Assembly (NCBI GenBank): GCA_039798865.1
Contig: JBDKFF010000129.1
Location: 1 to 33,195 of the forward strand
Length of the DNA stretch: 33,195 bases
Direction of reading: 5' to 3'
DNA from: Bacteroidota bacterium
Lineage (GTDB): Bacteria > Bacteroidota > Bacteroidia > Cytophagales > Spirosomataceae
Within the stretch, counting starts at the first letter, position 1. The number at the start of each line of letters is the position of its first letter. Made by a program: the position numbers and the translations under genes. The notes beneath the pieces are model-generated. The model was given only the letters and a program-made list of their open reading frames with translations. It was not told where the DNA came from and searched no databases. This document shows positions 26,446 to 33,195 of this stretch, one piece after another.

Positions 26446-26787
26446 ATGGATATTGAAAATGCCAAGGTGCAGATGCGGAAAGGGATATTGGAATTCTGTA
26501 TTCTGCAAATCATTTCGCGCGGGGAGGTTTATGCCTCCACGATGTTGACCGAATTGACGTCGGCGAAAATCATGGTCGTTGAGGGAACTTTGTACCCGCT
26601 CCTAACGCGACTGAAGAACGCCGGATTTCTCGATTACAAATGGGTGGAGTCAGCCTCCGGTCCGCCACGAAAATATTATGTGTTAACTGAAAAGGGGGAA
26701 ACCTTTTTAGCTGAATTACATGGAACCTGGGATGAACTTCAAAGCTCAGTTTCTCAAATCGTTCATCCTCAAACACCCCAAGCTTAA
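26446..26787 (+). CDS. PadR-family winged-helix transcriptional regulator
   Basis: QMRKGILEFCIL, EGTLYPLLTRL, W.ES.SGPPRKYY.LT..G. Start at ATG 26446. Confidence 0.93.
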   Translation: MDIENAKVQMRKGILEFCILQIISRGEVYASTMLTELTSAKIMVVEGTLYPLLTRLKNAGFLDYKWVESASGPPRKYYVLTEKGETFLAELHGTWDELQSSVSQIVHPQTPQA

Positions 26788-26798
26788 TCTTTACAGAT

Positions 26799-29258
26799 AT
26801 GAAAAAGACCCTATCTATTAATATTGCTGGCATCGTCTTCCACATTGAAGAGGACGCTTTTGCTACCTTGGATGCGTATTTAAAATCCATTCATACCTAT
26901 TTTCAGAATTTCGAAGGTTCGAAGGACATTATCGATGACATTGAAGCGCGCATTGCTGAAAAGTTTTGGAATATCCGCGAGACGGAGAAAACCGAGGCTA
27001 TTTCGCAGGAGCATGTGGACGCTCTCATCGCATCTTTAGGTACCATCGCCGATTTCCAAGAAATTGAAGAGCGTGACACCCAAGATCAAAAGCAGACGGA
27101 GGCGCCTAAGGCAGATTTCACCAAGCCATTCCGCCGTGATTTAACCAATAAAAAATTGGGGGGCGTCGCAGCAGGAATTGCTAATTATTTTGAAATGGAT
27201 CCGATTTGGGTTCGTTTGATCTTAGTTGTCGGATTCTTTGGATTGATTCCTTTGTTACATGCTGCCAACTTTATCTTTTGGGTATACATTGTTTGCTGGA
27301 TTGCCGTACCGGGCGAGACGCGTGATGATTCGGAAAAATCATACCGTAAGTTTTACCGTGATCCAGAGAATAAAGTAGTTGGCGGCGTTATGGCAGGTAT
27401 TGCTGCCTATACCGGTTGGGATATTGGTTTATTGCGCGTACTAGCCGTGATTTCGTTATTCTTTTTTGGTTCTGGAGCAGCTGCTTATATCATCATCATG
27501 GCGATTACGCCAGAGGCGAAATCCCTGACCGACAAAATGGAAATGACAGGTGAGCCTATCACCTTAGAAAACATTGAGAAGAATATCAAGGATACTTTTC
27601 AGCCAGGTGCAAGTGAGGAGAAAACCTTAACTCGTATTCTACTTTTCCCATTCCGTGCCCTGGCAACTGTGTTTACTGCGCTTAAGCCAGTATTGATGGG
27701 GGTTAAATGGTTTGCGCAATACCTGGCAGGTATCCTCTTGCTGATCATTGCCATCGCTTTCGCGGTTGCATTAGTGGTTTTAACTACATCAGGTATTTCA
27801 GGCTTTGATCATGGGCAAATTAGTCTCGCCTTCGGAGAAGCCGTTCCCATTTATTTATTAGTTCAAGATCTACCAGCTTGGTCTATTTGGGCCGCTTATG
27901 CCGCAATTATCCCCATGGTCTTGGGAATTGGTATTGGTGGTTTATCTCTTTTGATGAATCGTAAACTCACTAATAAAACCTATTCGTATACTTCTACGAC
28001 GATTGCGATTATTGGTTGGGTGGGATTATTCGCCGCATTTAGTTTTGTAGGGCGTAATTTCCAGCGTACAGCCTCCGTTAGTCAAATGAAAGAAATCTCA
28101 GCTGATTCAGTTTATGTGTTTGATGTGAATCGTGAATCCAACGAAACGATGTGGGAGAAGTTATTGGGAAATACGATGATTACCGACGAGTTATTGGACG
28201 AAGATGAGCAACATGATTTCAATCGAGGTGGGTTTTCAAGATCTCAAATTGTGTTAGAGGGCTATGATGGAAAAACGATTCAAGTCATCGCTTTTGCCAA
28301 ATCAAATGGTCGGACGCGTGCCGAGGCGGAGGCGAACGCCAAAGCAATTCATTATCATTACGATCTTAAAGGAAATAAACTAGTGATGGATAGTCACTTT
28401 GGCTTAAAGAATTTAAAATTCAGAAACCAACGGATGCGGGTGAAGGTATTAATTCCCTATGGCGTGAATTTTGGAATGACGCGTGAGTTTGGCTATTTCA
28501 TCGATAACGTATTGCCAAGCGGTTATTTTAATGAAGAGGACGGCGACTTGTTCGTGGGATCTAAGTGGACGTTCTCCATGGATAAGGGTTTGATTTGCTT
28601 AAATCGTACACCTAAAGACGGGGATTCTTCGAATGATAATTCCGACGATTTTGGTGATGAGCCAGATGCTCCGGCAGCCCCTGTTGCACCCGATGAAACA
28701 ATTACCCCCAATTCCTCGGGAGCTGTGTCCATTTCGAAAACAGTTGGGCCCTTTCAATCGATTCAAATCAAACGTTCTGGTTCAGCCGCAATTAAAATAC
28801 TTAAGGGAAAAGAATTCAAGGTTTCCTACCAGGCGAATGAACCAAATGCAGATTTCGGACGATTGACTTCCGTGGCGAATGGGGTGTTGACGATTGGGGA
28901 TGTTCCCTCTGATATGATTTTGACTATCGAGACGCCCGATTTAGTTCGCGTGGACTTAGGGGGGAACGCTCGTTCGGAGGTTTCAGGTTTTTCATTAGCA
29001 AAACTGGACGTCATCCTACATGATTTTCATAGCTTGACGTTAATTGGGCAATCTAAGGACTTAGCGGCGGCGGCATTTGATTCTTCTGAGTTACAAGCCC
29101 GCAAATGGGAAACTGACAATGCCGTTATTTCTGTGGGAAATCAAGCAAGTATGGATCTCAATGTCAAAAAGAGCTTGAAGGGAAAGAAAGCTGAGCGCGC
29201 GAATGTGAATTATCAATCGTATAAGAACCTAATCGTAGCTTTTAATAAAAATAAATAA
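26799..29258 (+). CDS. PspC-domain membrane protein (HAAS-like N-terminus, two PspC repeats, TM region, periplasmic domain, DUF2807-like C-terminus)
   Basis: MKKTLSINIAG..FHIEEDA...L..YL and DIEARIAE; RDLTNKKLGGVAAGIANYF and RDPENKVVGGVMAGIAAY (PspC twice); EMTGEPITLENI; acidic/Pro-rich linker; beta-helix-like tail. Confidence 0.85.
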   Translation: MKKTLSINIAGIVFHIEEDAFATLDAYLKSIHTYFQNFEGSKDIIDDIEARIAEKFWNIRETEKTEAISQEHVDALIASLGTIADFQEIEERDTQDQKQTEAPKADFTKPFRRDLTNKKLGGVAAGIANYFEMDPIWVRLILVVGFFGLIPLLHAANFIFWVYIVCWIAVPGETRDDSEKSYRKFYRDPENKVVGGVMAGIAAYTGWDIGLLRVLAVISLFFFGSGAAAYIIIMAITPEAKSLTDKMEMTGEPITLENIEKNIKDTFQPGASEEKTLTRILLFPFRALATVFTALKPVLMGVKWFAQYLAGILLLIIAIAFAVALVVLTTSGISGFDHGQISLAFGEAVPIYLLVQDLPAWSIWAAYAAIIPMVLGIGIGGLSLLMNRKLTNKTYSYTSTTIAIIGWVGLFAAFSFVGRNFQRTASVSQMKEISADSVYVFDVNRESNETMWEKLLGNTMITDELLDEDEQHDFNRGGFSRSQIVLEGYDGKTIQVIAFAKSNGRTRAEAEANAKAIHYHYDLKGNKLVMDSHFGLKNLKFRNQRMRVKVLIPYGVNFGMTREFGYFIDNVLPSGYFNEEDGDLFVGSKWTFSMDKGLICLNRTPKDGDSSNDNSDDFGDEPDAPAAPVAPDETITPNSSGAVSISKTVGPFQSIQIKRSGSAAIKILKGKEFKVSYQANEPNADFGRLTSVANGVLTIGDVPSDMILTIETPDLVRVDLGGNARSEVSGFSLAKLDVILHDFHSLTLIGQSKDLAAAAFDSSELQARKWETDNAVISVGNQASMDLNVKKSLKGKKAERANVNYQSYKNLIVAFNKNK

Positions 29259-29316
29259 GTGGGTGCAACCCATTCCATTGTTGAAGCATCTTGTTGCCAT
29301 GTATAAAATAAATTTT

Positions 29317-30039
29317 ATGAAAAATACCTTAACTTCTATGCTCGCCTTTGTTTTGCTGAGCCTTACATTTCAATTAGTTGCTGCAGGCCCTGACCATCAA
29401 ACGAAAAAATATCAATTAGGCAACTTTCAAAAAATTGAACTTGGCTCTGATTTCGATGTAGTCATCACTAAAGGAAATACTTTCAGTGTGGTAGCCACTG
29501 GTCGGTCAGAGGATTTGGAAAATTTAGAAGTTGAAGTTGTCAGCGGTACCTTGAAATTTGATATTGATGCTTCTTGGTCATGGTGGGGATATACGAAAAA
29601 TCATAAGAAAATCAGATTGGCTATTACTATGCCCCGACTGAAAGCAGCCGAATTTTCGGGTGCGAGCCATGTGAGGATGCAAGGTTTTAACGATGAGGAG
29701 CAAATGAATCTAAACATTTCTGGGGCCTCAAAACTCGATGCAGAATCCTTGCAATCTGATAAATTGGTTCTTGAGCTTTCCGGTGCCTCCCATGTAGAAT
29801 TATCAGGTAGAGCAGCCAAATTGGACGTTGAATTGTCGGGAGCCAGTCACCTAAATGCGCAGAGTTTTATCGTGCGTGATGCGGATATCAATGCGAGTGG
29901 AGCGAGTCACGCGCAGCTAGGGGTACAAAAATCATTGCAGGTAGATGCTTCCGGTGCATCTAAAATTGAATACACAGGCAACCCGTTGAATCTGACAAAA
30001 GATTTGAGTGGAGCCTCGGTGGTTCGACGAGTGAATTAA
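29317..30039 (+). CDS. DUF2807 (head GIN/beta-helix) exported protein
   Basis: Signal peptide, FQKIEL...FDVVITKG, and seven SGAS motifs at roughly 19-20 aa spacing. Start at ATG 29317. Confidence 0.85.
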   Translation: MKNTLTSMLAFVLLSLTFQLVAAGPDHQTKKYQLGNFQKIELGSDFDVVITKGNTFSVVATGRSEDLENLEVEVVSGTLKFDIDASWSWWGYTKNHKKIRLAITMPRLKAAEFSGASHVRMQGFNDEEQMNLNISGASKLDAESLQSDKLVLELSGASHVELSGRAAKLDVELSGASHLNAQSFIVRDADINASGASHAQLGVQKSLQVDASGASKIEYTGNPLNLTKDLSGASVVRRVN

Positions 30040-30644
30040 GGATTTTTCTCGCCTGCCGGAATCCGCAAGTTTATGTAATTCGCCTGAGGCGGAACCGGAC
30101 AGGCAAACGTCTTATTATACGCACAAAAAGGAAAATAAGCTTGATTGAAGTCCAATAGAATTTGATTGTCTTTTATATTAGTTAGGGGTAACTCCAAATA
30201 CCGACCGCCTCCATAGGTTTCTGTGGGGGCGGTTTTGTCTTTAAATGGAATAAAGAAATCCCCGGAGTCATATTGGTAAACAATCAATTCAATGTTTTGT
30301 CCGTCTATTTCTGCTTTGGCCTTTCCGAATACCAACAAAGAATCCTTGCTACCATCCGTCATTGCAAGTCCTACGCGTTCAATCTTTTCATTTCGAATCA
30401 TTTCAAAAGAGATAACCCATTTCGGCGAATAGGGAAAATAGGCCAAGCCCTTAAAATTAGCGCGGTCGGGGATGGGGGAATCCTCCGCAGTACGTAATTG
30501 TTCGTCTTTCGCCTTCCGACTCTCCACGGTCTGCAATGAGTCTTCCCTTGATTTGGCTGGGATTGTGCCCTGTTTGGGTAAGCTCACATAAATCAGGCAA
30601 ACGATTATTGCAGCAATTATCAGGAACCAGCGATTGAATTTCAT
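30036..30644 (-). CDS. DUF1684-family protein
   Basis: SP....F.GLAYFP, FIPFKD.T...ETYGGGRYL, LDFNQAY.PFCAYN..FACPVPP..N......AGEK; N-terminal TM or signal peptide. Confidence 0.88.
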   Translation of the reverse strand: MKFNRWFLIIAAIIVCLIYVSLPKQGTIPAKSREDSLQTVESRKAKDEQLRTAEDSPIPDRANFKGLAYFPYSPKWVISFEMIRNEKIERVGLAMTDGSKDSLLVFGKAKAEIDGQNIELIVYQYDSGDFFIPFKDKTAPTETYGGGRYLELPLTNIKDNQILLDFNQAYFPFCAYNKTFACPVPPQANYINLRIPAGEKNP

Positions 30645-30690
30645 GGGAATGCGTGTAAATTTGAATTCGTAAAAATATAAAATTAATCAC

Positions 30691-31281
30691 ATGTTTACAG
30701 GTATTGTGGAATCAATGGGCGTTTTGGAAAGTAAACAAACGCAGGGCTCAAATGTCGATTTTTGGTTTTCATCTTCCTTCACGGATGAGTTAAAAATCGA
30801 TCAGTCGCTCGCCCACAATGGTGTCTGCCTGACCGTCGTAGAAATCAAATCCCCGCAATACCGCGTAACGGCCATTCAAGAAACCCTTCAAAAGACCAAT
30901 TTGGGTGATTTGAAAATCGGCCAAAAAGTTAATTTAGAACGTTGCATGCCTGCGAACGGACGATTCGATGGCCACATCGTTCAAGGTCATGTGGATTTGA
31001 CGGGTATTTGTACCGACATCAAGGTACATGACGGTTCCTGGGAATACCATTTTCAATATCCTGCGGGACATGTGACCGTCGAAAAAGGATCCATTTGCGT
31101 CAATGGGACGTCCTTAACGGTCGTAGAATCTGGAAAAGATACGTTCTCGGTGGCAATTATTCCCTATACCTACGAACACACAATTTTCCACCAAATGAAA
31201 ATAGGTGATCGAGTGAATTTAGAATTCGATATTCTGGGTAAGTATATGCAGAAGTTATTGGCCCAACAATTAGCTCAATAA
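30691..31281 (+). CDS. ribE: Riboflavin synthase (alpha chain)
   Basis: N-terminal MFTGIVE, SLAHNGVCLTV, VNLER, GHIVQGHVD, KGSICVNGTSLTV, VNLEFD. Candidate -7 box TAAATTTG at 30656-30663. Confidence 0.97.
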   Translation: MFTGIVESMGVLESKQTQGSNVDFWFSSSFTDELKIDQSLAHNGVCLTVVEIKSPQYRVTAIQETLQKTNLGDLKIGQKVNLERCMPANGRFDGHIVQGHVDLTGICTDIKVHDGSWEYHFQYPAGHVTVEKGSICVNGTSLTVVESGKDTFSVAIIPYTYEHTIFHQMKIGDRVNLEFDILGKYMQKLLAQQLAQ

Positions 31282-32610
31282 ATCCTCAATTGCATCTTCG
31301 ACTTTCTCGAATCCAAATCGATTCCAAACGGCATCTTTCTGTGATTGTATTTCGGACAAACCTAAATTGCCGATGCTACCTAAGTGGGAATGATTGATTT
31401 CGCGGCTGCTACCATTGAATTCACCCGCCTCAATCATTTTTCCTACCTGAACATAAGCCTCTCGAAACGGCATTCCCTGTACCACGAGTTTATTCACCTC
31501 CTCGACAGAGAACAATAAATCATATTTGGAATCTTTCAAAAGATTCGCTTTGACTTTCATGTTGGAGACCATGTAATGCGTAATCTCCAAGCAATCCTTG
31601 ATTTCATCGATGGCCGGCATCAAGATTTCCTTGGTCAATTGGAATTCGCGGTGGTAACCGGAAGGTAGGTTGCTCATCAACAATTGCAATTGGTTCGGAG
31701 CAGCCTTTAGCTTATTCGATTTCCCACGTAGTAATTCCGCCACATCAGGATTCTTCTTGTGTGGCATGATGGAGCTTCCCGTCGTCAGGCTACTCGGTAA
31801 TTCAATAAAACCAAAGTTTTGCGAGTTGTATAAACAAACGTCCATGGCCAAGCGACTCAAGGTCGTTGCCAATTGGGAAATCGCGTTCAATACGTATAAT
31901 TCAGTCTTGCCTCTCGACATTTGGGCATTCACCACATTCACATGTGGTGCCTCAAATCCCAATAAAATCGTCGTTAATTTACGATCCAGTGGGAAGGATG
32001 AGCCATAACCCGCTCCCGAGCCCAAAGGGTTTTTATTGGCCAAACGAAAAGCCGCTTCCAACAATTCGGCGTCCTCCACCAAGCATTCTGCGTATGCGCC
32101 AAACCACAAACCAAACGACGATGGCATAGCAATTTGTAAGTGCGTATAACCCGGCAATAAATCATTTTGGTGGGCTTCGCTTTTCGCCAACAAGAGGTCG
32201 AATAAATCCTCCACCGAATCCGCGATTTCCATGATTTCCGCCCGCATGAATAATTTTAGGTCAACAAGCACCTGGTCATTCCGTGACCGACCCGCATGTA
32301 TTTTCTTGCCTAAATCCCCCAATTTTTGGGTAAGTAAATATTCGATTTGTGAGTGGACATCCTCCATTCCCTCTTCGATGACGAAAGTGCCATCTTCGAT
32401 CGTGTCCAAGATATTTTTAAGTTCCAGACATAAAGGTTCCAATTCCTCTGAGGGTAAAAGACCCACATGCTCGAGCATGGTAATGTGCGCGAGTGAGCCC
32501 ATCACATCGTAGCGCGCTAATTGCAAATCGTATACAGGGTCGTTCCCAATCGTGAATTGCTCAATGATTGCGTCTGTTTGCTGATTTTCTTTTTGCCAAA
32601 GTTTTGCCAC
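31270..32610 (-). CDS. argH: Argininosuccinate lyase
   Basis: EDVHS.IE, HAGRSRNDQV, PGYTHLQ.A.P, PLGSGAGYG, TGSSIMPHKKNPD; GTG start. Confidence 0.97.
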   Translation of the reverse strand: MAKLWQKENQQTDAIIEQFTIGNDPVYDLQLARYDVMGSLAHITMLEHVGLLPSEELEPLCLELKNILDTIEDGTFVIEEGMEDVHSQIEYLLTQKLGDLGKKIHAGRSRNDQVLVDLKLFMRAEIMEIADSVEDLFDLLLAKSEAHQNDLLPGYTHLQIAMPSSFGLWFGAYAECLVEDAELLEAAFRLANKNPLGSGAGYGSSFPLDRKLTTILLGFEAPHVNVVNAQMSRGKTELYVLNAISQLATTLSRLAMDVCLYNSQNFGFIELPSSLTTGSSIMPHKKNPDVAELLRGKSNKLKAAPNQLQLLMSNLPSGYHREFQLTKEILMPAIDEIKDCLEITHYMVSNMKVKANLLKDSKYDLLFSVEEVNKLVVQGMPFREAYVQVGKMIEAGEFNGSSREINHSHLGSIGNLGLSEIQSQKDAVWNRFGFEKVEDAIEDLLS

Positions 32611-32617
32611 GTTCGTA

Positions 32618-33195
32618 TTAGATTAATTGTGATAGTAATTTCTGATAGGTTTGAATTCCCTGTTTCAGTTCCTCCAAATAAATAAATTCATCCGCCGTAT
32701 GGCTTCTTCCTGAATGTCCTGGTCCAATTTTCACCGATGGGAAAGGCATCAAGGCCTGATCCGATAGGGTAGGTGATCCGAAGCTGGTAATCCCTAAAGC
32801 AGCGGCTGCTTCGAGAACCGGATGTCCATCGGGGATTTTACTGGATTGCAAACGGATACTGCGTGGAGTCAATTCCGCTTGAACAAGGCCTCTTAAAATT
32901 TCAAGTACTTGTTCCAAGGAATAACATTCATTGACCCGACAATCAATTGTATATTGACACAAATCCGGCACTACATTGTGTTGTTTGCCAGCCTGAATCA
33001 CGGTTACCGTACATTTCACAGGGCCCAAAACCGGTGAAACTTCCGGAAATTCAAAATCTTTAATCTTTTGTATATCCTCCATGGCCAAGTAAATGGCATT
33101 GGTTCCCTCGTTTCTTGCCGCATGGCCCGCCACGCCTTTGACTTCGGCGTCAATGACCATTAATCCTTTCTCCGCAATGGCGAGTTGGCAATCCG
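32618..33195 (-). CDS. M20-family metallohydrolase, ArgE-like acyl-ornithine/citrulline deacylase (3' part; begins beyond the window end)
   Basis: The frame stays open to the edge (..DCQLAIAEKGLMVID..). G.AGHAA, HNVVPD, SDQ, GPG.S.RSHTADE; lies 7 nt upstream of argH. Confidence 0.85.
   Translation of the reverse strand, partial: DCQLAIAEKGLMVIDAEVKGVAGHAARNEGTNAIYLAMEDIQKIKDFEFPEVSPVLGPVKCTVTVIQAGKQHNVVPDLCQYTIDCRVNECYSLEQVLEILRGLVQAELTPRSIRLQSSKIPDGHPVLEAAAALGITSFGSPTLSDQALMPFPSVKIGPGHSGRSHTADEFIYLEELKQGIQTYQKLLSQLI

Noticed and set aside
5112-32512. Remaining 60-140 aa ORFs nested in or antisense to annotated genes
   Set aside because: All overlap well-supported housekeeping CDSs and show no family motifs.

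Overview
A gene-dense, mostly housekeeping window from a Bacteroidota chromosome. The SusC-type transporter, PorT, the NagB-PIG-L fusion and TAnnTTTG/TTTG promoters support the phylum. A Cytophagales-like lineage is an inference. Gene order: partial susC (-), adk, obgE, rmlD-like/hemC/holB/glmU-like/rpmE (-), nrdA, GT-C glycosyltransferase, yhhN, FAD/Fe-S oxidoreductase, nagB and an XRE regulator (-), TonB-dependent receptor plus DUF4249-like lipoprotein, porT/menG/AEC transporter/histidine kinase (-), padR-pspC-DUF2807, DUF1684 (-), riboflavin synthase, argH and a partial M20 hydrolase (-). I saw no transposase, integrase, CRISPR array, rRNA or tRNA. The most unusual signals are non-coding. 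(1) The 221-bp adk-obgE spacer is built almost entirely from three different heptamer arrays, two of which can base-pair in register and two of which carry stops in all frames. (2) A fully nested ~150-nt multi-stem structure is predicted in the nrdA leader. (3) An orphan HipB-like regulator has a 32-bp palindrome upstream. (4) The padR-pspC operon has a 27-bp palindrome over its -33 box. (5) The rpmE leader has a stem. All folds and family calls were made by eye; no searches were run.
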